Shown: positions 43,888 through 54,202, counted from the first letter of the stretch. The stretch: DNA of 64,000 bases from Candidatus Blackburnbacteria bacterium (GCA_016183565.1 JACPEJ010000001.1:48196-112195); one strand, 5' to 3'. Notes: generated by a model not told the origin, from the sequence alone. Numbers and translations are program-made.

Positions 43888-46755
43888 ATGGAAGTAATGC
43901 GTGACGCTCTGCCCCGAGGCTTTTCTTCCGGGTCTTCTCCTGTTGCACTTATTGCTGGCGGTGCGGGTTTTATTGGATCTTTTTTTTGTGCGGAGTTATT
44001 AAAACGGAACGTTAGGGTAATTTGTATTGATAATTGGCAAACTGGACTTAGGGAGAATATTAGTTCTTTGGAAGGTGATCCAAACTTTGTTTTGCTGGAG
44101 GATGATATTACAGAGTTTGGATTGTTTAAAAAGAGGGGCATTAGTCGGGTTGACTATGTTGTTCACTTGGCTGGGGTGGAGGCATACCTTAACGGGGAGG
44201 ATGTTTCCATTGAAACACTGGAGGCAAATTCAGTTGGGGTTAAGAACCTTCTTGATTTTTCTCTTGCTGCTGGGGCTAAATTTTTGCTTGCTTCGACTGT
44301 CGATGTGTTTTCTGCAAAAATGTCGTCGCAAAGTATTAGTACATACTTTGGTCGAGGGCGTGTAGATGAAGGTGTTTTTTCACATCACGAGGCGAAACGT
44401 TTTGCCGAGGCTTTGGTTAGTGAATATGAGCAAAAGCAGGGAGCTGATGTAAGAATTGCGCGGTTGGGGGATGTGTATGGGCCGAGAATGATGCTTTCGA
44501 CAGGAAACCTGATGGCGCGAATGGTGCGAGCTTGTTTGTACAATCAACCTTTGGCTGTTCCGTCACAGGACGCAAGTTTATACCCAATTTTTATAGCAGA
44601 TGCTGTAGATGGGCTTGTAAAATCGCTATTTTCGTCTGGGACGAAAGGGCGAATAGTTTCTTTAGCCGGGCCGCGTACGGGAATTATTTCACTTATACAA
44701 TCTATTAAGAACCTTAACCCTGGTTTAGAAGTAAGATTTGATCCTAATTTGGAGTTTCCTTGTAGAGAAGTTTCAGAAGACCTTTTGGTTTCGGGGAGGG
44801 AACTTATTTCGTGGTTACCAGAGAAAGATCTCCTTGTGGGGGTTGAGGAAACAATTGGGTGGTTTGCTAAATATCGACATGGATTAAGCGGGAAGGAGGT
44901 TGTTTCTATGCCTACTTCAGATGGGGGCTTTTGGGAAGGTAGGGAATTTGGGAATGTTAGGGGCACTGTGGCTTCTCGTGGGGGTGCTGATTTACCGAAG
45001 AACAGAAAATCCGGGTTTTTGAGCAGAGGCGGTTTTGTTTTACTTTTGTTTGTTTTAGTGTTTCTGGGGTGGTTTTTTGTTTGGCCGTTTGTAGAATTTG
45101 GTATTGGAATGGGGAACATATATGTTGCGAAAGATAAACTTAAGGTGGGGGATACTAATTCGGCTGGCCAATGGAGCGAGACTGCGGGTTTTTGGTTTGA
45201 CCGTGCGCATGGAGATTTTTTGCGATGGTTTAAAGTACCCGGGCTACGCAATGAGTCTTTGAAAATGGCTCAAAAGAGCCGGGTTTTTATGAAGGTTTCA
45301 AATGTTGGACAAAAAGTGGCGCGGGTTTTTGGTGAGGGAAGTTCGCTTTTGGCTGGGGTTTTGGGAGGGAATTATACTTATTCTGATTCAGATGTTAACT
45401 TGTTGGTTTTAGACTTGTACTCACTGGAACAGGATCTGTCCTTTCTGGAGGCGGAGGTACAGGATAATAAGGTTCTTTTGGAGTTACCTTTTGTGGATCG
45501 ATTTAGTTTATCTGACAATCTAAGCGTGGCAGATGGAAGGAGGGTTGTGCTGGGTCTTGCTGGGATTGTTGGCGAGTTTCGAAAGATTTTTGGGGGAGAG
45601 GGAACTAAAACATATCTTGTTCTTTTTCAGGATGATACGAAATTGAGGCCGACAGGTGGGATTATTACTACTTTGGCTTTACTGACTTTTGATGGTGGGC
45701 GACTTGTTGACACAGAGGTTTATGATGTTGCGGAATTGGATAAGCGTCTTCAGGGGCAAGTTGAATTGCCAGGTCCCTTGCGAGAATACACTCAGGAGAA
45801 TACGTGGCTTTTGCGTGACTCAAACTGGAGTCCTGACTTTTCTGTGAATGCAAATCGGGCGGTTTGGTTTGTTAATAAAGAGTTGGAGAGGAAGGTTGAT
45901 GGTGTGATAGGAGTGGATGGGGAACTTGTTCGCCAGAGTGTTAGTTCTAACCTTTTTAAGAAAGGGGAAGGTGGAATAACAGTTTCTGTTGCACGTGATT
46001 TGCTTTCGAATTTGTTTTCTCCTGACCAGGTTTCGAGAAATATTCCCTTGTTGGGTAAGACTTGGGTTGTTGGCTTTGAGGATCGTCATGGGGCTCTTTG
46101 GTTTTCTGATAAAAGAGTAAATACTATATTTAAACAACTGGGGTGGGATGGATCTTTGAAAAAGATAAATTGCTCAAAAGGTGTGTTGGTGGGGAATGGT
46201 TGTGTTGCTGATTATTTAGCTTTAATAGAAGCAAATTTAGGGGGTGCATCTGATTTGGTTAGGAGATCTTATTCTTTTGATCTTTCTTTGGAGTCAACCA
46301 AGGTGACACATCGGTTGGTTGTGTCTTATCAGAATGGGCCTGTGGAATATCGAAATTACTTTAGGGTATTGGTGCCTTCCAGTGCAGAAAATTATTCTGC
46401 GGTTCTTGTTGATAGTGGTGCAGGGCAAGAAGAGGTACGAATTGATGATTCTTTGGAGCAAGGAAAGAAAGCTTTAGGGATGTTTGCGCCGGTACCTTCT
46501 GGCAGCTCTCGTCAGCTAGTGGTGTCGTGGGATATTCCGATTGAAGCTTTTGAAGGTCGGGGGGATTTATTGTTTTTGTGGCAGAAACAGTTGAGTACCC
46601 CCTCGGATCCTTTGTGGGTGAGGTTTGCTTTCCCGCAAAACTATCTTATCGAGGCGCACCCCGCACCCTCATTGACGAGTGGTGCTTCTATAGGATATAA
46701 TACGGTGCTGGGTCGGGATTTATTTTTTGACATTAAATGGCAGCAACAAAAGTAA
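43888..46755 (+). CDS. NAD-dependent epimerase/UDP-glucuronate decarboxylase-like domain - TM - DUF4012 fusion
   Basis: GGAGFIGS, DN..TG..eNI, EAKRFAEAL, VYGPRM; TM; LRPTGG, LRDSNWSPDF, DGVIGVD, YRNYFRVLVP. Confidence 0.85.
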   Translation: MEVMRDALPRGFSSGSSPVALIAGGAGFIGSFFCAELLKRNVRVICIDNWQTGLRENISSLEGDPNFVLLEDDITEFGLFKKRGISRVDYVVHLAGVEAYLNGEDVSIETLEANSVGVKNLLDFSLAAGAKFLLASTVDVFSAKMSSQSISTYFGRGRVDEGVFSHHEAKRFAEALVSEYEQKQGADVRIARLGDVYGPRMMLSTGNLMARMVRACLYNQPLAVPSQDASLYPIFIADAVDGLVKSLFSSGTKGRIVSLAGPRTGIISLIQSIKNLNPGLEVRFDPNLEFPCREVSEDLLVSGRELISWLPEKDLLVGVEETIGWFAKYRHGLSGKEVVSMPTSDGGFWEGREFGNVRGTVASRGGADLPKNRKSGFLSRGGFVLLLFVLVFLGWFFVWPFVEFGIGMGNIYVAKDKLKVGDTNSAGQWSETAGFWFDRAHGDFLRWFKVPGLRNESLKMAQKSRVFMKVSNVGQKVARVFGEGSSLLAGVLGGNYTYSDSDVNLLVLDLYSLEQDLSFLEAEVQDNKVLLELPFVDRFSLSDNLSVADGRRVVLGLAGIVGEFRKIFGGEGTKTYLVLFQDDTKLRPTGGIITTLALLTFDGGRLVDTEVYDVAELDKRLQGQVELPGPLREYTQENTWLLRDSNWSPDFSVNANRAVWFVNKELERKVDGVIGVDGELVRQSVSSNLFKKGEGGITVSVARDLLSNLFSPDQVSRNIPLLGKTWVVGFEDRHGALWFSDKRVNTIFKQLGWDGSLKKINCSKGVLVGNGCVADYLALIEANLGGASDLVRRSYSFDLSLESTKVTHRLVVSYQNGPVEYRNYFRVLVPSSAENYSAVLVDSGAGQEEVRIDDSLEQGKKALGMFAPVPSGSSRQLVVSWDIPIEAFEGRGDLLFLWQKQLSTPSDPLWVRFAFPQNYLIEAHPAPSLTSGASIGYNTVLGRDLFFDIKWQQQK

Positions 46756-47462
46756 AAACTACGAGTTCTTCAGAATTGAAACATACACTTGATGCTGAAA
46801 AGCGTGAGGTTTTTGGCAGAAAAGTCAAGGGTTTGCGTCGTAATGGTGTATTGCCGGCGAATGTGTATGGCAGAAGTATGCAGTCGCTTTCAGTGCAATT
46901 ACCTACGGGGGTTTTTAAAAAGATTTTTGAAGAGGTAGGGGAGACTGGTTTGGTTGGTCTTAAGGTGGGGAATGATGTTTATCCAGTTTTGGTTCATAAT
47001 CTACAGGTTGATCCTGTTACTGAGGAGCCACTTCATGTTGATTTTCTTCAGGTAAATCTTAAAGAGAAGGTTACTGTTACTATCCCTTTGGAGTTTGTTG
47101 GTGAGTCGTCAGCGGAGGTGGCAGGTGAGGGAATTGTGGTTCATCAGTTGAATGAGGTTGAGGTTGAAGCTCTTCCGACAGACCTTCCTGAGAAGATTGT
47201 GGTCGATATTTCTGGTCTTTCTGGTGTTGATGAATTTATTAAGGTTGTCGATTTGAATGTGGATAGAAGTAAGGTTGAGATAAGGTCTGATTTGGAGCAA
47301 GTGGTTGCTATAGTTGCTCCTCCTGCAAAGGCAGAGGAGATTGCGCCTCCTCCCGAGGTGCCGGCAGAGGAGGGTGCAGCACCTGCTGAGGGTGAAGCTC
47401 CGGCAGAGGTAGCTACAACCACAGATACAGAGACAGAGAAAGAGAAAAAGAGAGAGGGATAG
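46737..47462 (+). CDS. rplY: 50S ribosomal protein L25 (Ctc form)
   Basis: GRKVKGLRRNGVLPANVYG, HVDFLQV, VEALPTDLPEKIVVDIS. Confidence 0.95.
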   Translation: MAATKVKTTSSSELKHTLDAEKREVFGRKVKGLRRNGVLPANVYGRSMQSLSVQLPTGVFKKIFEEVGETGLVGLKVGNDVYPVLVHNLQVDPVTEEPLHVDFLQVNLKEKVTVTIPLEFVGESSAEVAGEGIVVHQLNEVEVEALPTDLPEKIVVDISGLSGVDEFIKVVDLNVDRSKVEIRSDLEQVVAIVAPPAKAEEIAPPPEVPAEEGAAPAEGEAPAEVATTTDTETEKEKKREG

Positions 47463-47475
47463 GGATAGGAACAGA

Positions 47476-49611
47476 CTAGGTCTTTGTTGGCCAGGGGGCG
47501 AGTGTTATCGATTCTTCTTTGCCCATTTTGGTCCACAGTTCTTCAGTTAGAAATGGCATAAAGGGATGCAGTAGTCTAAGTATAGAGTCTAAGACTAAGG
47601 TAAGACATGATTGTGCCTCAGGTCTTCGGGATTTTGATTTTTCTATATAAATGTCTGCAAACTTGTGCCAAACGAAGTTGTAAAGTTCTTCGGTTGCCAA
47701 GTGCAACTCGAATTTTTCGATGTTTTTTGTTACTTGTTCTATTGTTGAATGAAGTTCTTTGAGGATCCATTGGTCGTCTTTGTTTTTTACACTGATCTTT
47801 TTACTTGAATTTTCCGGTTTGAGTTCGATAACAAATTTCGCAATGTTTCTTAGTTTGTTGCCGAAGTTTCTGAAGTTTTTGCAACGGTTGTCCATTACGC
47901 TTTTTGAAGTTCTTCCGTCTCGACCTGGTGCGCTGTATGTGTAAAGTGCCATCCTGGTTGCGTCAGTTCCCCAGGTTTTTATTAGTTCTTGTGGGTCGAT
48001 TCCGTTGCCGAGGGATTTGGAAAATTTTCTACCCTGAAGATCGCGTAACATGCCGTGGAAGAACATGTGCTTGAATGGGATAGTATCTGTGTGCCATAAA
48101 GATAACATGATCATTCGGGCAATCCAGAGGTATTTTATTTCTCCAGCTGAGATTTCGAAATCCCAAGGGAAGTACCGCTCTAGTTCCTTGGTTTTCTCGG
48201 GCCATCCTAAGGTAGAGAGGGGCCAGAGGCCGGAGGAGAACCAGGTATCAAGAACTTGTTCGTCTTGTATCCAGTAGTGGCTGTGCCCGGTTTTACATGG
48301 TTTTTCTGGTTTCTCGAGCGAGATTAACATTTCTTTGTTTTTGCCTACTTTGTTTTGGGGATTGCACTTTTGGCAGTACCAAACAGGAATTCTGTGTCCC
48401 CACCAGAGGGAGCGAGAGATGGACCAGTCGTGGATATTTTCCATCCAATCTGTGAGAATTTTCTTGTAATTTGTTGGATAGAAGTTGATTTGGCCTATGT
48501 TCAAGATTCCCTTTTCGGCAAGTGGCTGCATCTTTACAAACCACTCTTCGGAAATTAATGGCTCAACTGTAGTTTTACAGCGTTCACAGACAGGAACGGC
48601 ATGGGTGTAGTCTTCGATTTTTTCGATTGCACCTAATTCTTCTAATTTTTTGGCAGCAAGTTCCCGAGCCCCTTCGATTTTCATGCCAGCTAGTTCTTGG
48701 GCTAGCTCTGTTGTTCGACCCGTCTTGTCGATCGCGTGGAGAATGGGTAGGTTGTGGTTTTTACCTATTTCGTAATCCAGGGGGTCATGGCCTGGTGTGA
48801 TTTTTAGTGCTCCTGTTCCGAACTCTGGTTCTACACGCTTGTCTTCAAATATGGGTATAGAATCTTTGGTTAAGGGGTTAATAGCTTTTTTATCAAGATA
48901 CTTTTTGAACCTGGGATGGTTAAGAGATATGGCTATTCCTGTATCTGCGTAAATTGTTTCTGGGCGGGTGGTAGCAATAGTTATATAGGCACTTTCTGAG
49001 TCTTGTATTGGATAATTAATGTAGTATAGTTTTTGTTTTCTTTCTTCATACTCCATTTCAATATCTTCAATTGCGGTGCCGCATTTTGGGCACCATTGGA
49101 CAATGTATGCTCCTTTGTAGAGGAGGTCTTGATCCCAGAAACGTTTAAACTGTTCAAAAACAGCTTTTTCTACTTTTGGTTCGAGTGTGAATACTTCCTT
49201 GGGCCAGTCGGCGGAGAGTCCTATTACTGTCCATGCTTTGTGGAAGGATTGGTATACCTCTTCTTTGAATTTCCAGGCGCGCTCAAGCCATTTTTCGCGA
49301 CCGAGCTTTTGCTTTGAGAGGCCTTCTTTGGCAAGGATTCTATCAAGTGTTCCTTCAAACTGGATTCCGGCATGGTCTACACCGGGGAGAAGTAGAACAT
49401 CAAACTCTTGCATTCTTTTTATGCGAGCGATTGCGTCAAGGATTGCATGTTGCATTGCATGTCCTAGGTGGAGTTCTCCTGTAAGGTTGGGAGGGGGCAT
49501 TAGGAGGGAGTAGGGGGGTTTTTCTGAGTTGGGGTTAGCAGTAAAAAGCCCTTCCTTTTCCCAGGAGGAGTAAAGCTTGCCCTCATAATCAGTGTGGTGT
49601 GTTTTATCCAT
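47476..49611 (-). CDS. valS: Valine--tRNA ligase (lacking C-terminal coiled-coil arm)
   Basis: PPPNLTGELHLGHA, PGVDHAGI, ATTRPET, DWSISRSLWWGHRIP, KFSKSLGN. Confidence 0.96.
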   Translation of the reverse strand: MDKTHHTDYEGKLYSSWEKEGLFTANPNSEKPPYSLLMPPPNLTGELHLGHAMQHAILDAIARIKRMQEFDVLLLPGVDHAGIQFEGTLDRILAKEGLSKQKLGREKWLERAWKFKEEVYQSFHKAWTVIGLSADWPKEVFTLEPKVEKAVFEQFKRFWDQDLLYKGAYIVQWCPKCGTAIEDIEMEYEERKQKLYYINYPIQDSESAYITIATTRPETIYADTGIAISLNHPRFKKYLDKKAINPLTKDSIPIFEDKRVEPEFGTGALKITPGHDPLDYEIGKNHNLPILHAIDKTGRTTELAQELAGMKIEGARELAAKKLEELGAIEKIEDYTHAVPVCERCKTTVEPLISEEWFVKMQPLAEKGILNIGQINFYPTNYKKILTDWMENIHDWSISRSLWWGHRIPVWYCQKCNPQNKVGKNKEMLISLEKPEKPCKTGHSHYWIQDEQVLDTWFSSGLWPLSTLGWPEKTKELERYFPWDFEISAGEIKYLWIARMIMLSLWHTDTIPFKHMFFHGMLRDLQGRKFSKSLGNGIDPQELIKTWGTDATRMALYTYSAPGRDGRTSKSVMDNRCKNFRNFGNKLRNIAKFVIELKPENSSKKISVKNKDDQWILKELHSTIEQVTKNIEKFELHLATEELYNFVWHKFADIYIEKSKSRRPEAQSCLTLVLDSILRLLHPFMPFLTEELWTKMGKEESITLAPWPTKT

Positions 49612-49662
49612 TGGGTGATTATACGCTAATTGAAGTGTTTTTCTTAAAATGATTATACCTTG

Positions 49663-50853
49663 TTAACCTGTGATAGTTAAGCTTGGATGTACTGTGACCT
49701 TTTCCCACTCCGTAGGTTTGTAATTAAAGTAGGCGGCGGAGGCGATCATTGCAGCGTTGTCTGTGCACAACTGCGGAGGCGGTATGTGCAAGTCTAAGTC
49801 TAAGTTTAAGTCTAAGATTCGCTGTTGGAATTTTTCGTGCAGGCGTTTGTTGGCCGCAACTCCACCTGCTACCAAGAGGGTATTAACACCGTAATTTTGT
49901 ACTGCTTTTAGGGTTTTATCTACTAGAACGTCGGTTATGGATTCTTGAGTTTCGTAGGCTAAAGCAGAGGTGGGAAGTGAGAGGTGAGAGGCTGGATTTT
50001 GAGATTGGACGTGGGACTTTTTGAATTTGTCGACCTCACGCAGAACGGCGGTTTTTAGGCCGCTGAAGGAGAAGTCGTAATTGTCCTTGTCCAGGAGGGG
50101 ACGAGGTAGTTTAATTTTCAATTTACCCGCTTCGCGAGGCGAGTAATTTGAGGATCCTCGGACAGCAATTTTCAATTTTGCTGCGGCGGAGGCGATTGCG
50201 GGGCCGCCGGGGTAACCTAGGCCAAGGAGGCGCGCGGTTTTGTCGAAAGCTTCACCTGCTGCATCGTCTCTCGTTCCGCCGATCCACTTAAGTTCTCCGT
50301 GGTTTTTTAGGAGAACTAGGTCTGTGTGGCCGCCTGAGACGACGAGGGCAATGGCAGGAAGGGTTGGAATGCTATGGTGCGATGAAGCCATGGAGCGATG
50401 GAGCGATGAAGCTATGGAGCTATGGCGCTTTATAGTATGGTTTAGCCAGTTTGCGTAAACGTGGCCGATGAGGTGGTTTATGGGTACTAGTGGTTTGTTC
50501 CACGTCCAAGAGAGAGTTCTTGCTGTTTCTACTCCTACAAGAAGTGATCCGATAAGGCCTGGGCCGATGGTTGTGGCGATGGTATCGATGAAGCTATGGT
50601 GCGATGAAGCTATGGAGCCATGGTGCTTTATAGCCTTATGGCCTAATTGCTTCATAGCTAACGCGAGTGACTCTTGTACCACAGGGATGATTGCTTTTAC
50701 TTGTTCTCTTGCGGCTTGCTCTGGGATGATGCCGCCTGTTTTTGCGTGCATTTCAGCGGAGGAGGCAACCACATTAGATAGTATGGTTGTTCCGTTTTCT
50801 ACTACGGCTGCTGTAGTTTCGTCACAGGAGGTTTCGATAGCAAGGATTATCAT
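49663..50853 (-). CDS. tsaD: tRNA N6-adenosine threonylcarbamoyltransferase
   Basis: IETSCDET, GPGL, NHLIGH, VSGGHT, DDAAGEAFDK, FSFSGLKT, CTDNAAMI; five repeat-derived inserts. Confidence 0.97.
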   Translation of the reverse strand: MIILAIETSCDETTAAVVENGTTILSNVVASSAEMHAKTGGIIPEQAAREQVKAIIPVVQESLALAMKQLGHKAIKHHGSIASSHHSFIDTIATTIGPGLIGSLLVGVETARTLSWTWNKPLVPINHLIGHVYANWLNHTIKRHSSIASSLHRSMASSHHSIPTLPAIALVVSGGHTDLVLLKNHGELKWIGGTRDDAAGEAFDKTARLLGLGYPGGPAIASAAAKLKIAVRGSSNYSPREAGKLKIKLPRPLLDKDNYDFSFSGLKTAVLREVDKFKKSHVQSQNPASHLSLPTSALAYETQESITDVLVDKTLKAVQNYGVNTLLVAGGVAANKRLHEKFQQRILDLNLDLDLHIPPPQLCTDNAAMIASAAYFNYKPTEWEKVTVHPSLTITG

Positions 50854-50859
50854 ATAACT

Positions 50860-51003
50860 TGGACGGTAGACGATGGAGGGTAGAAGATAGTGGTTGAAGA
50901 TGGAAGGTAGAGGATAGACAGGTTTTCTATCTTCAAACTTCTACTTTCCACTACTACCCTCCATCTTCTATTTTCCATTGTCTACTGCTTTTCTATTGTC
51001 TAC
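50860..51003. repeat. Head-to-head arrays of a 7-bp unit (T[AG]GAnn[AG])
   Basis: tggacgg tagacga tggaggg tagaaga ... on plus; tagacaa tggaaaa tagaaga tggaggg ... on minus. Confidence 0.75.
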
Positions 51004-52724
51004 TGCGGGGTTATGCCCCGAAGGTATATTGCTTGCCAGGGTCGGTAATTTGAATAGAACGTTCTTTGTTGTAAGATTTCTCCATTTCTGGTTACCTTGT
51101 AATCAAATGCTGCTTTTGCCCCCGAGCTTGCGAAGTCGACTTGTTTTAGAGTTCCTATAGGAAGAGTTGGATCGTCCTGATAAAGAGGTGGGGGAGAGGA
51201 TACTGTATCCCAAACGCGAGGTGTTGAGACTTGAGAAACTCGGCTGTCGTTTGTTCCGTATAGCTCAAAGACAAGTGTTTGTTTTTTGGGGTTTATGGAA
51301 GTTTGGATAAGTATGTGTCCGGGTGTATCGTTTTTGATTTTTAGATCTGTGGAGGGAGAATAAACAGTTGCGTCAATTCCTGGTTTGGAGTCTTGTTCAT
51401 AGTAGCCTACTCGGTACGAGTGGGCTTTTCTTTCAATTATAGGTAGGCCTGTGTTTAGTGCTGCTCGGAAAAGTGTTGTTGAGACTTGGCAGACTCCGCC
51501 GCCGTCTCCCAATATAGTTCTTCCATCTCTTATGACATATGCTTGTTGGTAGCCGGTGTAAACTGAAACGTCGCCGAGGGCGTTGTTGAAGGAGAGTGTG
51601 TCGCCGGGTTTTATTAATATTCCGTTGAGTCTACTTGCTGCTAGGGTAACGTTATGAACTCTGGATGGGGTGGATCCGACGAATTTTGAAGAACCTCTAC
51701 CGATTAATTCTGTGATACCTAGATTGTTTACTTCGGATGTTGATACATCAGGTTTTGTTCTTTTGGCAGGCACTTCTATTTTTGCTGTTTTGTCTTCGCT
51801 TACGACGAGGTTTTCAATTGCTGCATGTATTTCTAAGAGCAGCTGATCGCTTTCTATGTCAATTCCATCTTTGGCAGGAGTAAACTCTCTTACCTTGCCG
51901 CTTTCGAATACTAGCCTTGCGTCTATTGGGGCTCTATCTAGTGTTTTTTTGATGTCGTCTACTATTACTTTTAGTTTTTCTGTTCTTATTCCGTTTGGCG
52001 AGAGTAGGGGAATTGTGTCGCTGTCATCATAGTGGAAGTTTTGGTATTCGAAGTTTATTTCTAGTTTTTTACCGAGAATGTTTTTTGCACGGTCGTGGAT
52101 AAGCTCTACTTCCATGTTTTCAAGGTGGGAAGAAGTTTGTTTTAGGGGGATTGTGATGGGGTCGCTTTTGTTGTAGGCGACTCTCTCGGTTATTTGTTTT
52201 TGCAGAGCTTCTTTGTCTACTTCTATGCCGTCTTTTCCTTGATTAACAACTATTTCTCCTTTGTAAACCAATACTCCTGGTTCTATTGCAGGTACACTGA
52301 GTTGGTCTGCGACTCTTGTTAGTTCCTGTTCTAGGGTTTTTTGGTCGACACTGACGGTTGCAGGAAGATTTACACTTTTAGTTAGTGCTGTCCATTTTTC
52401 GAGAGTAGCTTGAATAACTCCACTTGCCCTTCCGATTTTAAGTGCTTGTTGTGCGCTTTCTTGGGTGTTGTAAACTATTTCTAGGCTTAGGGTTGTTTCG
52501 AATTTTGGGTTTTCAGATTTAAGGAGTAAAGAAGGGGGTTTTATTTGAGCGATTTTGTCTGAGGCTTCTTGTGAGGTTAGGCCGGAGACATTAATGTTAC
52601 TTATTTTTATTCCAGGATATATTCGTCCTAGAAACATTAGGTGGTAAAGAGTTACTGCGGAGAGTGTTAGTATTAGTGTTAGTAGTAGGGGTCCTGTTAT
52701 GCGTTGGTGATTCTCAAGCCACAT
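51000..52724 (-). CDS. VanW family protein with PG-binding-4 repeats
   Basis: N-terminal TM; RVHNV.LAA, FNNALG, GGGVCQVSTTLFRA, ERKAHSY, GIDATV. Confidence 0.93.
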   Translation of the reverse strand: MWLENHQRITGPLLLTLILTLSAVTLYHLMFLGRIYPGIKISNINVSGLTSQEASDKIAQIKPPSLLLKSENPKFETTLSLEIVYNTQESAQQALKIGRASGVIQATLEKWTALTKSVNLPATVSVDQKTLEQELTRVADQLSVPAIEPGVLVYKGEIVVNQGKDGIEVDKEALQKQITERVAYNKSDPITIPLKQTSSHLENMEVELIHDRAKNILGKKLEINFEYQNFHYDDSDTIPLLSPNGIRTEKLKVIVDDIKKTLDRAPIDARLVFESGKVREFTPAKDGIDIESDQLLLEIHAAIENLVVSEDKTAKIEVPAKRTKPDVSTSEVNNLGITELIGRGSSKFVGSTPSRVHNVTLAASRLNGILIKPGDTLSFNNALGDVSVYTGYQQAYVIRDGRTILGDGGGVCQVSTTLFRAALNTGLPIIERKAHSYRVGYYEQDSKPGIDATVYSPSTDLKIKNDTPGHILIQTSINPKKQTLVFELYGTNDSRVSQVSTPRVWDTVSSPPPLYQDDPTLPIGTLKQVDFASSGAKAAFDYKVTRNGEILQQRTFYSNYRPWQAIYLRGITPQ

Positions 52725-52769
52725 GTTTATATGATACCATGTATCAGGCTAGATGAGCTTGGGTGAATT

Positions 52770-54200
52770 GTGATGTTTAACCAAAATACAGAAGTTGATA
52801 ATTCAAATTTAAATCTGCAAGAAGAGTCTTTTGCACAGGGTAGTTTGGGTAGTGACCCACCTTCTGAGGTGGTGGGTTCGGGTGGTGAGAGGAAGAATCC
52901 TCCTTGGATTTGGGTGTTGGCAGGTACTTTGTTGTTTTTATTTCTAGTGGGAGGGGTTGGATCTTGGTTTCTTTTTACCAAAAAGTTTACCCCTCAGGAA
53001 GTAAAGGAGGTTAAATTGGTTTACTGGGGGCTTGAGGATTATACGGTTATGCAACCTATGATTGCCGATTACCAGACCAAAACGAATGTTAAAGTAGAGT
53101 ATATTCAGCAAGATAAACAAGACTACAGAGAACGTTTGACTAATGCTTTAGCTCGTGGTGTTGCGCCTGATATTTTTAGCTTTCATAATACATGGGTGCC
53201 GATGTTTTCTTCCCAGTTTGCCACTCTCTCTCCTCAAGTTATGGATCCTGGGACATATCAGGCTACTTTTTACCCCAGTGCTACCTCAGATCTTAGGCGT
53301 GGTCCAGACATAGTGGGAATTCCGCTTGCTTTTGATGGATTGGGCCTTTTTGTTAATCAGGATATTTTTGATAAGTATGGCAAGTCGCCTCCTGCTACTT
53401 GGGATGAGTTGAGGAAGTTGGCTGTGGAGTTAACTGTAAAAGATGCGGAAGGAAGGATTGAGCAGTCGGGGGTGGCGTTGGGCAATACTCAAAATGTTGA
53501 CCATTGGCAGGACACACTAGGGTTAATGATGCTTCAGAATGGGGCTGATTTGACCAATCCTACGGATCAGAAGGCGCAGGATTCTCTTTCTTTTTTTAGT
53601 GTTTTTTCTAAAGAAGATAAAGTTTGGGATGAGACCCTACCTTTTTCAACTGCCCAGTTTGCCTTAGGGAAGCTTGCCATGTACTTTGGTCCTTCTTGGA
53701 GAGTTGCTGAGATTAAGAGATTGAACCCGAATCTTAACTTTAAGGTGGTTCGTGTTCCACAGCTTCCACGAGCCACTCCTTCTGATACGGACGTTTCTTG
53801 GGCTTCTTATTGGGCCCAAGGGGTTTCTATAAAGAGTAAAAACAAACAAGAGGCGTGGGAGTTTTTGGTGTTTATTTCTTCGAAGGAGGGTTTGTTGAAG
53901 ATGTCTCAGGGTGTGATTCAGAGTAGGCAGGTTGGATTTCCTTTTTCTCGGGTAGATATGGCAGGGTTTTTGGGTGAGGATCAGTTTATGGGGTCTTTTG
54001 TTAGAGATGCTCAGAGCGCCCGTTCTGGTTATCTTGCTTCTTATACTTTTGATGGTCCTACTGGTATTAATTCTCGAATTTCAAGTTTTTATTCTGATGC
54101 GATCACTTCTATTTTGGAGGGAGAGGATCCAGATTCTTTGTTGATACCTCTTTCGGAGGGTGTAAAACAGGTTTTGGTTGAGTATACAGGTTCCCGCTAA
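52770..54200 (+). CDS. Membrane-anchored extracellular solute-binding protein (family 1)
   Basis: TM, LVYWG, PDIF, GIPL.fD.l.LFvN.D.F, PPATWDEL, AWEFL. Confidence 0.88.
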   Translation: MMFNQNTEVDNSNLNLQEESFAQGSLGSDPPSEVVGSGGERKNPPWIWVLAGTLLFLFLVGGVGSWFLFTKKFTPQEVKEVKLVYWGLEDYTVMQPMIADYQTKTNVKVEYIQQDKQDYRERLTNALARGVAPDIFSFHNTWVPMFSSQFATLSPQVMDPGTYQATFYPSATSDLRRGPDIVGIPLAFDGLGLFVNQDIFDKYGKSPPATWDELRKLAVELTVKDAEGRIEQSGVALGNTQNVDHWQDTLGLMMLQNGADLTNPTDQKAQDSLSFFSVFSKEDKVWDETLPFSTAQFALGKLAMYFGPSWRVAEIKRLNPNLNFKVVRVPQLPRATPSDTDVSWASYWAQGVSIKSKNKQEAWEFLVFISSKEGLLKMSQGVIQSRQVGFPFSRVDMAGFLGEDQFMGSFVRDAQSARSGYLASYTFDGPTGINSRISSFYSDAITSILEGEDPDSLLIPLSEGVKQVLVEYTGSR

Positions 54201-54202
54201 TT

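Noticed and set aside
44544-45251. 235-aa antisense ORF
   Set aside because: Antisense shadow of the T/G-biased epimerase-DUF4012 gene
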